This document shows, one piece after another, positions 1-14,960 of a DNA stretch of 64,000 bases. The stretch comes from Octopus sinensis (taxonomy: Eukaryota). The translations under genes and the position numbers were made by a program. The DNA is taken from contig NC_042998.1 in the NCBI RefSeq assembly GCF_006345805.1, positions 124,248,001 through 124,312,000 of the forward strand, given 5' to 3'. Under the pieces are notes generated by a model. It worked only from the letters and a program-made list of their open reading frames with translations. It had not been told where the DNA came from and made no database searches. Each line of letters starts with the position of its first letter. Position 1 is the stretch's first letter.

Positions 1-1478
1 GCCCACAAATTACATCAGTAGATTACCAGATAGTATTTCAATGTATTTCATACTCAGTGGCAGAAATCGCCTCCGACTTATGAAGATAGGCAACAACTTC
101 TGCTCGTATACATATATATAAAGAGCAACAATATATGCTTTGTGTGTGCTGAGGATTTCCCGCGTGGAACAAATGTAGTATAACCAAACATACATCAACG
201 AGAACCAAAATAATGATGTGTATACTCATTTTTACCATGATGGTATACACTAGAGTTTTAAAAAAAAGAATCGGTGCGCAAATTTGTCACGGAGTGAAAT
301 TTCAGTTTTGCAATCACTGTTCCCAAAATCTCACATAAATCTCACATATGCAAGCAAAAATTGTATAAATCTGTTCGCTCGTTTTTAAATTGAATTTTAA
401 TTGTTATTGTGTACAGTAACGCACGTTGTAAATATCTTGGTCTTTATGATGATGTAAATATCCTAATCTTTCAAAATTAGCATTGTCATATAATATAATA
501 CATATCATTCTATTATAATAGATATCATTATTCTATTATAATAGATATTTTCATTGGGGTAAGCTCTTTATGACATACGTATCCGTCATTTTCCTCACCA
601 GCTTTCAAATCTACAGTGAATAGCATCATTTCTTACCGTCATCAGAAATTAAATATGCAATGGTTAACACACACTCCATATTATTAAGAAAACAGAACTG
701 CGCTTCAAATCATATTCTCAACATACTCCGTAGTTATGCAATTTTCAATGTTTGTATCTTGGAATAAAGTTTGTAAACATTACTCAAATATCTAATAGTT
801 CATATAGTCGCTCCGTTTAAAGCAATGTTTAAACGTCTCAACTACACCAATTTGTATAGTGCTACTGTTATAATTTTGCAATGATTCTGTTGTTTCAAAT
901 TAGGTATTAGTCGTATTGCCTTGATTGTTGAAAAGAGCATGTATAATACGCATTTATCAATTTATTTCGATCCGGAATCATTATTGATCAGCGTAATATA
1001 TAAACCGAGGTCCATAATACCTTTTGGATCTTGTCCTGGTTGCCAAAATAGAGCAAGTTAACTGAAATTGTATATGTATCATTAATTTCGGAATAGATAC
1101 ACCGAAAGTTTACCTCATTCAATACAGTGCACTAGAATCACATCCTTAAAAAACAGTGCTGATTATCCTGTTCTAACTGTTTGCATAGGGATTAAAAGCT
1201 TCGTCCTCATAATTCATTATTCTTGAAATAAGAAACTATAAAAGATATTACCATAATGTTGCAAACTTACTGTTGCAAAGATTTGTAAATAACTACAAAA
1301 TTTTACTATTTATTTCATTAATGTTAATATGATTGACGTATATTTATTGAGTTTATTTTTTAACGAGTGAGCATACTTGAAATGACATATGCTTTTCAAG
1401 TAAGGACATATGATATTTCAATAGAATCGTTTGATAGAATTTTTATATTGCTCTCTCTTTCTTTCTCTCCCTCTCCCC

Positions 1479-1479
<1 letters not shown>

Positions 1480-1546
<67 letters not shown>

Positions 1547-1625
1547 ATATATATGTATATATATATGTATGTGTATATATATATATCTATATATATATAT
1601 ATATACGTATATATACATATATATA

Positions 1626-1690
<65 letters not shown>

Positions 1691-1708
1691 GTATATATGT
1701 ATGTATAT
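1480..1708. repeat. Compound (TA)n/(TG)n/(TATG)n microsatellite
   Basis: Directly visible; source of the poly-YI ORFs. Confidence 0.97.
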
Positions 1709-1789
1709 AAGTGTATTGAAATAAACACATGCCTACCGCGTGCCAGTTACTAAAAATAATTAATTGTTGTAAAATAGCGAAAACAACAC

Positions 1790-2880
1790 TCTTAGGTAAT
1801 GTATTTTCGTCTAGACTAGCATTTGGACAATTTAATACTAGAGCACGAAATAAACACAAATTCACTGTCATATTACAATGAATTATAGCGAGAGAAATTG
1901 AACAGCGCGGAGGTTTAGAAAGAAGAATGAAGTTGTAAAATATATTAGTGATTGTACTGAGAATGCGCCATTCAATAGCAGACACGGTGAGATGATAACT
2001 ATCTCGAATAAAGAGGAATAACTGAAGTCGGCAATTAGAAAATTACTATGGAACTACACAATATTTAATAACGATATGGAAGCTAGCACACTTTTTGAGA
2101 AGGATAGAAAAAGAATGACAGAAACATGATACAAATATATAAATGAACAGAAATCCTGGATTATGAAGCGTAAAGACATTGGCAAGAAGAAAACACTTCA
2201 TACCGAATAACTGACAAGAGTGAACAAAGCATAAGTGGATAAAGAAAAATTTTGAAGTACAAGACTCAAAAAGAGCAAAGGATATTTTATTGCGACTAAT
2301 ACCGAAGCCTTACCGCTATAAACTACACAAACCATATAATGAAGAAGAATACAAAAATTAACAGTTGAATATATTTAGCTTGTGAACCACAATCAATCAC
2401 ATTGTTTCTGACAGGCCAATCTTAAACAAAGGAAAGTATAGACATGACAGATTTGGATATTTCATATACTTGAAAGTATTCTGGGATTATGAAACACCCA
2501 CAGAAAATAGATGGTATAAAAACGTATACAATAAAATGCTTCTCAGAGAATGACAAGCGGCATAGCCTGGGACATGTCAGTACATAAAACCAATGGGATT
2601 AAGACAAATCGCCAATTTATTATTGTGAAAGGCTAGCTGGAAAAGAAATATCTGCTAATCGATTTGTCAAATCAACACACGACAGTATACTTCTAAACAA
2701 AATAGTTATTCAAATATATAAATTTGGAAAGAGAGAGAGAGGGAGAGAGGAAAATGTGGACATTTAAAAGAGTAATAACCTCTTGTAAAATACTAGGTTT
2801 GAGAGTAATAGGTAGCTCAAACACCAAAATGCACGCAAATACAGCACACAGAGAATGGCATAAGTAGATACTTTGTTAAG
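1790..2880 (+). mobile_element. Degenerate R4/Dong-clade non-LTR retrotransposon 3' fragment
   Basis: Broken frames give INHIVS..PIL...RHDRFGY.IY, homologous to RHDRVGTYIHWKLC at 63960-64000; (TAG)n tract follows at 2960-2984. Confidence 0.7.
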
Positions 2881-3071
2881 TATTTTCTCTACAAAAGTTA
2901 AAAGAAAGAAAAAGAAATACCGAAGAAATCAAAGCATATAATCAACGTGCGTTTGTGACGTAGTAGTAGTAGTAGTAGTAGTAGAAAACGCTGCCTTATT
3001 TGGAATATTAAAATAATAATAATGAGTGGGGTATTTTTTGTAATATTAAACATACAAATATGGGAATCCAA

Positions 3072-3072
3072 T

Positions 3073-3139
<67 letters not shown>

Positions 3140-3152
3140 GAGAAAGAAAGAA
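3072..3152. repeat. (GAAA)n microsatellite
   Basis: Directly visible. Confidence 0.97.
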
Positions 3153-3189
3153 AGACTAGAGACTGAAAATAAAAGAATTCCGAATAAAA

Positions 3190-3472
3190 AGGGAAAGTCA
3201 ACCACGGCGGAATTTGAACGTAAAGACAGACGAACTACCTATTTCTTTACTACCCACAAGGGGCTACACGCAGAGGGGATAAACAAGGACAGACAAACGG
3301 ATTAAGTCGATCATATCGATCCCAGTGCGTAACTGTTACTTATTTAATCGACCCCGAAAGGATGAAAAGCAAAGTTGACCTCGGCGGAATTTGAACTCAG
3401 AACGTAGCCGCAGACGATATACGGCTAAGCACTTCGTCCGGCGTGCTAACGTTTCAGTCAGCTCGCCGCCTT
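3190..3472 (-). mobile_element. tRNA-derived SINE family B
   Basis: Minus head GGCGGCGAGCTG..., B-box GAGTTCAAATTCC, core close to GACTTTGCCTTTCATCCTTTCGGGGTCG shared with copies at 6789, 51203 and 59155. Confidence 0.9.
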
Positions 3473-3644
3473 AGGTACATTATATAAGGTATGGAAGGCC
3501 GTATTAAAAATTCTAACAAAAACCATTCATACGCGTGCACATACATACGTATATATCTGTGTGTATTTATCGATACATACATATGATATGTGTGTATGTC
3601 TGTAAGTGTGTATGTTGTATATATATATATATATAAATATATAT

Positions 3645-3780
3645 AAAGTTAATCCAAACAAGAAAACAAAACAAAAACACAACAACGCAAGGACGTGGAA
3701 CAAATAAAGTATCATTGGACGCTCAGGAAAGAAGGGAAGAAGGAGAGAGAGAGAATGGCATTTTGTAGAGAAAATACTTA
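3645..3780 (-). mobile_element. Probable PLE terminal-repeat fragment next to (TA)n
   Basis: Similar in inverse orientation to 34740-34830 (ccacgtcctcgcgttg). Confidence 0.45.
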
Positions 3781-3825
3781 CCAAAGTATCTACTAATGCT
3801 ATTCTCTACGTGTGCGTGTATATAT

Positions 3826-4212
3826 AGTGGCTGTGTGGTAATTAGCTTACTTATCAACTACATTCAGTCTGACTGCGAGGCCCAAAGGGCAAGTGTCTTC
3901 TACTATAGCCTCGGGCCGACCAAAGCTTTGTGAGTGGATTTGGTAGACGGAAATTGAAAGAAGCCCGTCGTGTGTATATATATATATATATATAGGGAGA
4001 ATTCACAAAAAAAAACTTAAGAGAAAGACAGGTGGTGCAGACATGTGTGTGTTTGTTCGTGTGTCAGTGTTTATCCCCCAACTCCCTGTAACTTAGCGGT
4101 TCAGCAAAAGAGACTGGCAGAATAAGTACTAGGCTAACAAAGAATAAGTCCTGGGGTCGATTTGCTTGACTATATCGGTGTTCCAGCATGGCCGCAGTCA
4201 AATGACTGAAAG
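3826..4212 (+). mobile_element. tRNA-derived SINE family A with internal microsatellite
   Basis: Head GTGGCTGTGTGGTAA, body GGCAAGTGTCTTCTACTATAGCCTCGGGCCGACCAAAG, tail CCAGCATGGCCGCAGTCAAATGACTGAAA; several homologous copies in the window. Confidence 0.93.
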
Positions 4213-4299
4213 AATGATATATATATGTATGCATGCATGTATATCAGTTGAATAATGTTAAAACATGGTCTGGGTTTCACGTTTTTTATTATAGGATTG

Positions 4300-5020
4300 T
4301 ATTATGGTATTTCAACATTAATATTTTGTAATGTTCATAAAGCTTCTATACGTTCCTAATAATCATCAGATTTCAAAACGTGTTCAACTAACAGTTGAGA
4401 TCTTGACAATTGTAGTACCTCTTAGAACGCCCCAACAGGATGAATTTTTGGAATACGGTTTGCCAGGCGCACCGATATTCTGTAATTTGTTTCTATCCAT
4501 ATGTTAAAGATATATTTTCAGTCCACATCATTAACCGGTTGTTATATTATTGTTGTTATTTCCATTCATAAAAGGTTTGAACATTTTAATCAACCGTTTT
4601 TCTTTTTTCTTTCTTCCAACTTCACTTGTGTCATATAGCTTGTGGAAAGGAAAATTTAGAAACATCTTCTGACCACATGTTTATATCTCTTCGCTCAATG
4701 GAATTTGGCGAAAATTGGTATTCCGGCTTTGTTGTCTGTGGGCTCTTGATCGTTCCGATAGTGTATTCCCTGTCTCGCCTAGATATAGTTCTTCGCAATT
4801 GGGGCAGTTAATGCAGTAGATCAAATTTCTGCTTTTGCAGTTCATATCTGCATTTGCGAAAACCTGTCCATTTTTTCTTCTCATGGATCTACCAGTATGC
4901 ATGTATAGACACGTTCCACATCTGTTATGATTACACTTGGATACTGTGTTTTATCCTGTTTGTTCATGTTGAATTTTGCATTTGTTAATAGTTTCTTTAG
5001 GTTATGTGGTTGCCTTTCCT
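4300..5020 (-). mobile_element. PLE GIY-YIG endonuclease fragment (Neptune-like)
   Basis: ORF 4681-4902 NCKSRNLIYCINCPNCEELYLGETGNTLSERSRAH; upstream Cys linker KCNHNRCGTC. Confidence 0.85.
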
Positions 5021-6788
5021 GTAAGTACAAATAGCAGTACGCTCGGAAAAACGTGACGTTGAAGCTGCACGTGAATTAGTCAAAACTAATTCTAAAAACT
5101 CGGCTTGTTGGAGCGTTCTAAAGGGTACTATAGTTGTCAAGAACTCAACACTGTTGATTACTACGAACGTATAAAAGCGCTAATTGAAGTTCTTGAACAT
5201 TACAAAATAATTTTTAATGTTAAAGGACTATAAAAAAAACGTGAAAACCAGACCATATTTTAACTTTATTCAACTGATATATTATTCTATACATATTCAC
5301 ACAAATTCTGAAAAAAATATATAAAGCTCTTTCTTGGAACGTAGGATTTAGAAGTAGATAGACTATAAATGATAGCTTGTAAATATTGGATAAAAAAAGT
5401 TTTGGGTTGTAGAAAGCTGCGCATGGTATTTGAACCCACATCGCACTTAAGGATGGAAGACGTTTTAAAATTGGGCCAAAGCAAACGTTCGAATTTCTTT
5501 TTCAATCTTAAAATATTTCACCTTACCAGCGAGAAAAGTATGTTAATGCCATCCGAAGAATTTTAACTGAACACTTAGGAAAGGAACACTTTAATACTAT
5601 ATAAAGCAAAACGATGTATTAATGTTGGCAGAAAATGATAACGAATAAAGTAGGGAAATGAAGACTTAAAATGCAAAAGCTTAGCAATCATATCAAATCT
5701 TTGAAAGAGGAATGATATGGGTAATGTTGTATAGTTTGTAGGCCGAGTAAAGGCGTTATAATTACCCACAATACTTTTTTCAATTAACTGGGATGCTCTT
5801 TTTTCTCAATTTAATCTCGTCCATAATATATGGATATGAATAATTCACAGCGAATTTTTACTAATGTAGAAACAGCAGCTGTTCATAACGATCACGTAAA
5901 TAAGATTATGCCATACTGCGGACGAACAATTCATTAATTACACGTCACTATGTGCGTAAATGCATTTCCAATAAATTTCAAAGTGAAGTTAATAATCTGT
6001 TTCATACATAGTACAACATGCACGAATTACAATAGCAAATTCAATATACTTGTTTAGTGGAATAGTTCAGCGGATTGAATGGAATGCTTAATACAGAACA
6101 CAATTGGTTTAAATAGACTGCAGGTATGACGTGCAAGTGTTGATTTAATTGTAGCCAAAAGAAAGATATGAATGTTACTTCTAAAAGTCTGTGCATCTGA
6201 GGTATTGTGGGCATGCCATAATGTATATTTTGTAAACTTCAACAACTTAGTGAATATTTAAATTATTATTTCATTTAACGTTCTGATTACATATTTCATA
6301 CTATTTAAAATAATAATTTAATTTGATTCATTAAACTTACAGTACTATATTATTCATGTTTAGTCAACGAAGTTCAAGGCTGAAATGGAGCATCGTTCAT
6401 TGCTATTTCACATGCCGTCAGTTCAAATCATTTGGAATAAGTTTGGTTGCCATTTTAAAAAAGATATGCAACGAAATCTCTGAATACATTTAGTTATTCA
6501 GAACAGGTAACTAATAATTTGAAATTATCATTTCTATCTATAGCAGGAAAAAAAGATTATCTACAAATCTCTAGGTTATAATTTACTGACATAACCATAG
6601 AAAAAACTTTACTTTTATGAACTTTAAGGGTTTTCCTGATGTTACTGCATATAGCCACAATTTGTTTTCAAAATTTATAGTGCTGATAATGGAATTACTC
6701 AGTTAATGACAAGTACTGGTCAATGAAAATACGATAGCATTGTTCTGTTTAAAGTATCGTTAATTACTAAATAACCGGTCAATATTCG

Positions 6789-7361
6789 TTTCTATTCGAG
6801 GCACACGGCCTGAAATTTTGCGGTAGAGTGCCAATCGATTAAATCGACCTCAGTACGCAACTAGTACTTAATTTAGCGACCCCGAAAAGATGAAAGGCAA
6901 AGTCGACTTCAGTGGAATTTGAACTCAGTACGTAAAGACAGACGGAATACCTATTTCTTTACTACCCACAAGGAGCTAAACACAGAGAGGACAAACAAGG
7001 ACAGACAAACGGATTAAGTCGATTATATCGACCCCAGTGCGTAACTTGTATTTATTCAATCGACCCCGAAAGGATGAAAGTCAAAGTCAACCTCGGCGGA
7101 ATTTGAACTCAGAACGTAGCGGCAGACGAAATACTTATTTCTTTACTACCCACAAGGAGCTACACACAGAGGGGACAAACAAGGACAGACAAACGGATTA
7201 AGTCGTTACATCGACCCCAGTGCGTAACTGATACTTATTTAATCGACCTCGGAAGGATGAAAGTCAAAGTCGACCTCGGCGGAATTTGAACTCAGAACGT
7301 AGCGGCAGACGAAATACGCATTTCGCCCGGCGTGCTAACGTTTCTGCCAGCTCGCCGCCTT
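6789..7361 (-). mobile_element. SINE family B with ~183-bp internal tandem units and a target-site duplication
   Basis: GGAATTTGAACTCAG recurs at ~6914, ~7098 and ~7281; AACCGGTCAAT flanks both sides (6773-6783, 7367-7377). Confidence 0.9.
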
Positions 7362-7689
7362 AAAAGAACCGGTCAATGTTGGATGACCAGTCAGCGTTAG
7401 ATGTTGAAGACTATTTACTTATTCATAGAACATATATTTTGATGACTATATTTCTAAAATACCATAATATATGAAAAGAAAATTAGCTAAATTAATTCCT
7501 GCATTTTATCTGTTAAATATTAGGTAGTCTATATAGCCAACTCAAGATTGATGTCTTGTTAGAATACTGGATCATTCAATAGAAATAACTTTAGGGTCTG
7601 TTTCGGCTCTGCCCCTAATGTAAAAAATTATAATAGTGAACGCTTCCAAACACCTCACTGAGATGGCATGCTCATGTAAATTTAACATG

Positions 7690-8000
7690 AGTGCCCTGTG
7701 AGTGGTAGATGCAATTCTGACGCCATGGTCCACGAAGCAGAGGTGGTGTCCAACAGTAGCAGCAGCAATATCATTAGAAACGATAGAACACATACACGGC
7801 TATATGTTGGAGCATCAAAGTGCCTATTTGCGACCAGGTTAAACAACAGGTCCTCTTTTACGATCTTGGAGAGTTGCAACGTTACAACAATAGGTAGCTA
7901 TATAAGGTGATTAAAAGTGGAGAGGATGCCATATACAATTAACTGTAAGCTGCTAGGACAACCTGGGCCATAACTTAACGGAAGTAGACGGTGAAAACGT
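7690..8000 (+). mobile_element. Degenerate PLE GIY-YIG fragment (possibly Naiad-like)
   Basis: GRC...MVHEAEV...LYVGAS..FATRLNN.SSF...TTIGSYIR*LK resembles the PLE pattern GxC..VYxA..Y(I/V)G..FKxR..NH..SF..TxLSxYIWxLK. Confidence 0.6.
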
Positions 8001-8579
8001 CATCTTCTCTGCTTCGGACATGAAAACGGGAAAAAATTAAGCAGGAACAACTTACCCACATCGGCCATAGCTGGGATCACACAAGAGCAGGTAAAACTTC
8101 ATTTCCTCTCAGAAAGCTTCTTTTTTCGATTTAGTATTTTTCATCTCCCAATTAACCAAGTCTATTTTTCCTTCAATCAATAAAGCGGTACATGTGCACA
8201 AATATCTTACATTCCACGGGGTAAACACTACTTCTCTTCAATTTGTTTTTAATTCTTGTACTAAAAAGCACCTGTAAACCTTCGTTTTGATTAATGTACA
8301 ATAACAAAAACCTTATATGGCCTTGGCGATATATAAAACCTCTGAATGCGAGATAATATAGGTAAAGGTCAAAGTTAGTGACCTCTTGACTTCTGGTGAC
8401 CTTTTTGCAAAATAATTTTGCTTATCATTTGCATGAACTTGTAGATCTTGATCAGGCAATCATTTTAAGTGGTCATTTAAAATATTTTTGTAACGAGCTG
8501 CAAAGTTAGAGCTGTTTTATGTCACTTGACTATTAAAGTAGATTCCGCGGACAGCTTCTATTATTGAGTCATACCAATC

Positions 8580-8585
8580 TCTTCT

Positions 8586-8617
<32 letters not shown>

Positions 8618-8665
8618 TTCTTCTTCTTCTTCTTCTTCTTCTTCTTCTTCTTCTTCTTCTTCTTT
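8580..8665. repeat. (CTT)n microsatellite
   Basis: Directly visible; source of the poly-Arg ORF. Confidence 0.97.
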
Positions 8666-10177
8666 TCTTTCTCCTTCCTCGGCTACTTATGCTTAAACCA
8701 TCAAACTTCAGGACCAAATATTTCTCTGCACCCATAAACACTAATTTTTCATATCTGCTACTACCTACCTAGCCTTCACAAAGAAAAAAAAAAGGGAGGG
8801 ACAGAAAAAAAGGAAAATGTCCTACCTATTTGAAGACTATGGAAATATTTACAAAACATTTGATTTAATTTTTCTGCTATCTAATTGTTTTTCTTCATAA
8901 CTAATATCCAACTTTGTTTTACTCTTAGTTGAAAAAGTCGAAATATCTGAAACCGGTACTAACCGTCACAAAATATATTTCATGATAAAATTAATTTAGC
9001 ATTATCCGCTTTATTTTCCTTATAAGTATCAACTCGTGTGTTAATCTTGAACTTCCTACATATATGTGTGTTTGTATGTATGTATGTATGTATGTATGTA
9101 TGTATGTATGTATGTATGTATGTATGTATGTATGTATGTACGTATATGTTTGCGGTGTGTGTGTGATTAAAAAAGTAGTGTATTCTCAAAGATATAATTA
9201 TCTAATCTTGAATTAAATGTTTTACATATTCATATCTATCCATATTTCCCAATTGCTGCAATAGTCCGTGATATTCGAAAATGTATTTTACTTTAAATTA
9301 TAGTTTGTAAAACTCAAATCCCATTACATCATAACTGTAAACAACAAAATAATTTAACGTGCACACAAAATCAAGATATTGAATTAAAAATATTTTCAAA
9401 AAATCCCGAAGGTGCTTCTCTAAATTTGTTCAATCCACTTTCCTTTAATTTTGTTTCACTGAACTATGCAATATGTGAAATACTGTCAAATAAAATGTAT
9501 ATCTGCAACGCTAAAATTTATGCAAAAATATAAACTATATGTCTGACCTCTTGAGTAAGATAAATTGGAATATAGTGCCGAAAGTAAATTAAACGTTAGT
9601 AATATAATTTATATGGATACTACAGGAAATAAAATTGCATCACCGGTGTTTGGAAAATCCTTTATTTCAAGAAAATGTATGTACGATGGAGCGTATCTCT
9701 TAGAATAAGTATCTTAATATTTCACAAAATAATTGCTTTGTTAACAAATAGTAAATATACTTTGCTCACAAAAGCATTGATAATTGTATGAAACACCTGC
9801 TTTCGTTCTATTTATTAGCGCCAACTATGTTTACAAGTATGCACACATACACACATGCACGCACACGTGCACGAACACACACTAGCACACATGAATATAT
9901 AATTTTGTACTGAGAGCGAGAGAGAATGTAAACTGCCGAACCAAAGTGGGAATTAGTTATGGAAAATAGAAGATGCATAAAATTTTGAATAAAGGAAAAG
10001 CAAAAATGTAACGATTCCCTTCATATTTCCTATGCAGCACGTACTTATTTCCTGTCTTGACGCACACAAACATTGATATATGAACAAACATATTTGCATA
10101 CATGTGCACTTAGTGCAGGTATGTATGTAAGTGTGTATATGTGTATGCGTTTGTATGTTTGTGTGTGTGTGTGTGAG

Positions 10178-10331
10178 TGTGGCTGTATCGCAAGAAGCTT
10201 GCTTCCCAACCACTTGGTGTCTGATTGAGTCCCACTGCGATGCAGCTTAGACAGGTATCTTATACTATAGCTTCGGAACAATCAAAGCTTTGTGAGTGGA
10301 TTTGGTAGAAGCAAAATGAAAGAAAGCCGTC

Positions 10332-10333
<2 letters not shown>
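10178..10333 (+). mobile_element. SINE family A, 5' half
   Basis: Homologous to 3826-3970; ends at the internal (TA)n. Confidence 0.85.
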
Positions 10334-10374
<41 letters not shown>

Positions 10375-10547
10375 AGATAATGGTCATTGAGACCCAAAGG
10401 TGCCAGGTAATGCTGAATAAGTGCTATAGACAGACCAAAGTTAAGTTCCAGATTCAGTAATTTCTTGCATCTATTTTATTTCCTCCACCCCACTCTCTAT
10501 TTTGTATCACATCTAAACTAACTATGACTTAACCATCCTCCCACACC

Positions 10548-10599
10548 GTCTCCGATGAATGGATATAATTAATAAATATCCTAGAAAAAGTTGTAAGAC
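10548..10599 (+). ncRNA. Degenerate minimal type-I hammerhead ribozyme motif
   Basis: GTCT-CCGATGA-(AT)GGATAT..ATATCC(TA)-GAAA-AAGTTG-TA-AGAC; stems I and II pair, core and stem III are mutated; lies in a 290-bp island between two (TA)n tracts. Confidence 0.6.
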
Positions 10600-10660
10600 C
10601 AATCTATAAATGCTCTAATATTTACACCCCTTGGATTTTTATCTTATTACGCAAAAAATT

Positions 10661-10741
<81 letters not shown>

Positions 10742-11037
10742 GTAGAGTAGATGAAATCGTTAGCGACTGAAGAAGGTGTTTTTCTTTGTGTTAATTGTCC
10801 TGTACTCTATTTTTTTTTGCTGTTTTTAAATAATTGTCCAATTCCTTTGGTTTGTGTCTATGTTTTCGTTTCTCATTGTGTTCGACGTCCTTTTGGTGTC
10901 CTGTACTCATATATGCGTGTATATGTACATGTAGAGGTAGGTACGTACATATATGTTTATATATATGCATATGTTTTATTTCATTTATTAATATATATAT
11001 ACATATATGTATGTATGTATGTATGTATGTATATATA

Positions 11038-11084
<47 letters not shown>

Positions 11085-11557
11085 CACTATACTTTATATT
11101 TGTATAGTGATATATATATCATTAAGCTTTATATTTGTACTAGCCATTCAAAAACACAAAAGCTCTGAACTTCACTTAATCATTTATTATTTGGGGTCAA
11201 AAACTTCGTCGTATTATTTACGACATGCTCACTCACACACATCCACTACAACTGTGCTGAGATGAGGCTGCGACCAGCGTATATAGGCCTAAGTGTTTTA
11301 AATATATATTTTTCTCACCTATGTAGTTCTGTCATTGTTATCGCCTAGCGTTCATAATAGGTGGGTTAGTTTACGAAATCATGTAGATTATGGTTGAAAT
11401 TCATATCCTCTTTTCTTTCCTTCTTTCAGTGTGGACACTTTGATATTGTGTGCAGTACAGTAGAATCAGGAATAAATGACTTCAAAGAGAAATATATATG
11501 ACAGAAAACAGGGTGAAGGGTCGATGTATACAGTATCAGAGAGTGAGAGTGGAATGA

Positions 11558-12403
<846 letters not shown>

Positions 12404-12429
12404 AATGCCGTGATGCAGCACTGGGCAGT

Positions 12430-12830
12430 GACCCCCATGGCTTTTGGTCTTAACTGATCGGAAGTGTCGTCATGTATGTGTTTTGTCTTGGTATAAAAGA
12501 TGGGCCACAGCAAATAATCTGCTCAATACCACAGATTTGCATGTTAGTTGTTTGACCATAACCAGTTGAGCATGTCCCTTAGTGGCTGACGATATGTGAA
12601 TCTCTGATCATGAGTAACAGTTGTGGGAGAGCATCATAGCCATGAGTTGAAAGGAATTTGGGGGATTTGAATAATTCACATCTGGAAACATGAGTGCTTC
12701 ATTCACCATCCTTAAAATTAACCTTATTCAGGGACCTTTTCACTGGGATAGGCTACTCGACCTGAAGAAAATTTTTAACTGAGTCATGCGCTGTTTATCT
12801 TGATATGAGATCACCATGTCACGCACATTA
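12430..12830. repeat. Unclassified interspersed repeat
   Basis: Higher-GC block resembling a common octopus repeat from recall only; no coding motif found. Confidence 0.35.
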
Positions 12831-12919
12831 TAGAGAAATGCGCTGTTAATGAACAGAGAAAAGGGCAAAAACGAAACAGCAGTAGAGTATGGCTTCCAGA
12901 TAATGAGTGGAGAAGAGAA

Positions 12920-13665
12920 GTGAACGGAGAGGCTTTCAAGTATCTTGGTGTTTTACATCTACGTCAGATATTGAACACCAAGATGAAGCAGAAAATTTCT
13001 TTGAATGTACCAGAAGAGTTAAAAAGCTATGTAGGTCTAATCTAAATGCAGGGAACCTGATTTGAGACATCAATGCATGGGTTATAGGTGTGATATGTTA
13101 CCACGTAGAAGTAGCAGAATGGACAATGGTAGAACTTATCAACATGAAGAGAAAAACTAGAAAAGTTATAGCTATGCATAGCTGCGTTCATATTTGAAGT
13201 AACGTGACAATGCCACGGAAGAAAGTTGGAAGAGGAGTGATTGGTCTCGAGGACAGTTTTGTGAAGGAGATCAAGTCTTTGCATGTCTATCTGGGGAATA
13301 GTGATGAAAGAATGTTGCAGGCTGCACTACATGCGAAAGTGATCAGTGACAATGGTGAGACCCTCCTGGAGTACAATATGAGGACTAATAGTGGAAAAGT
13401 CATGAACGAAAAAGAGAAAGACCTACACAGAGAGTTTTTCTAGTAACCCGGGGATGAAGCTGATCAAACTTGTAGATGGCGAAGACATGTTTTTTAAAGG
13501 AGCTAGAACAAGCTTTACGAACTAACTCCAGCAAGTGTAGCATTGATAAGACAGCAGTATTACCTTTGTGTAGACTATGCAGAAAATAATGAGACAGATA
13601 TAAAATTAGTGGATGCTTAAAACCGGCCTAAAAGGAGTACAAAAAACGCCGTGACAAAGTAGCAA
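12920..13665 (+). mobile_element. Degenerate R4/Dong-clade RT thumb and zinc-finger fragment
   Basis: FKYLGV...RRVKKLCRSNLNAGNL..INAW; MPRKKVGRGVIGLED (PRxxGGRGL motif); PLCRLCRK. Confidence 0.75.
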
Positions 13666-14960
13666 TGTGAATACGTTGGGAGGCGTCCCAAACGTATGGG
13701 GTAGAATTGTCCAAGAATTGGCACGAGCACCAACCTTAGCCAGTAGCAGAGAGTGAACATCTGAAACTGACATGGGATATGCCAATGTACATAAGCCTAG
13801 AACTTCATTATAACCTACCAGATAAAACTCTCCTCTTAAAGAGTCCAAAGAATGGATTCTCAAAATACCGGAGACCAGAATATTTTGAAGACTGAGAAGG
13901 GAAAGTCGGGATGTAACAAGACCTATGATCGTCAGTGAAAAGAATCCAAAGAGCCTCAAAACTAAGTTTGGTATATTGTGGTCAGTGCATTTTGGACCTT
14001 CTCATAACGAGCAAGTCTAGCATCAAAACATACACTAAACTTCATAGGAACTATTCAGTTGGCAGCAATTCTTGAAACAAGTCATGTGATGACTTCTCGA
14101 TCGCTATATCCGAGTGTCCGACTATATGTCAGTCAAGTCGTACTCGTATGCAGAGAAATTGCAACCCTGTAATCCAACTCTAATGGAATACCTTCACATT
14201 TAAGAGTGGGCAGGAGGGGAGCATTCTCATGAGACTGAGATGACTGTTTAATTTGACCATGTAGTAGATGCCACCATACATTATGGTGACCCAGCGTCTG
14301 AAGACGGGACTGAAACAGATAGCTCTTAAGACAGTCATCGGGTATCGATAGTCTACACTGTCAAATACCTTCGACTGATCCAACTTGACCATTGTCTCGC
14401 CAAACGCAGATCCATTCCCTACCCATTTTATAATATATCACAGCAGGTGGAGGTTTCCTGCAACAAGCGTCAGACTGTTGGCTAACACCATTACTAAAGT
14501 ATTTTACCTTTGTGTTGAGCAGAGTTCCGGGTCTGAACTTTTTAATCACATTCCCATTGTTCGGATCCTTCCTGAACTGTCACCAGTCTCCTGCTCAATC
14601 GACTGAGAATGGTTCAAGCCTGTTACCGCATGTTTAGACGGTTATGAAGAGAGGGGCGAACAAGTTTGGCATGTGGAAATATAGCTTGTATGACAGGTCA
14701 TCAATTCTGTTGAGAATCGCTCCACCCAGCGACCCATCACATCTGCCATTTCCTTCAGTGAAATCCATTTCTCGTAACGCTCAACCTTCCTGTCCCAGCA
14801 ACGCGGGAAACCATCGAGGTAGGTCTCAAAAAGTGCTGTCTCAAGTGCAACATCGAAAACAGTTCGGTTTAGTGCTGAGAAAACTGAGCTCATCTACTTG
14901 CGACTGGAGTGCACACGGTCGATGCGGCCATTCTATCTTGTTTCAGTGCAGACGCATATA
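13660..14960 (-). mobile_element. Degenerate L1/Tx1-clade ORF2 (RT) fragment
   Basis: KFRPGTLLNTKVK (RPITLLNxDxK) and KLDQSKVFDSVDYRY..VL...FSPVFRRWVTIMY. Confidence 0.8.

Noticed and set aside
503-548. Short tandem duplications here and at ~27610, ~33170 and ~55795
   Set aside because: Ordinary two-copy slippage events with no further structure.
6789-7361. CRISPR-like periodicity
   Set aside because: Whole ~183-bp units are homologous, with no unique spacers, and the context is eukaryotic.
7900-7915. In-frame TGA in a Naiad-like PLE as possible selenocysteine
   Set aside because: Not at a Cys position, the copy is degenerate, and no SECIS was identified.
63-10778. GAAA-TCG-loop-CGA-CT(G/T)ANGA motif at ~63-84 and ~10753-10773, like a permuted hammerhead
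   Set aside because: Too short for both stems I and III, and no stem II pairing found.
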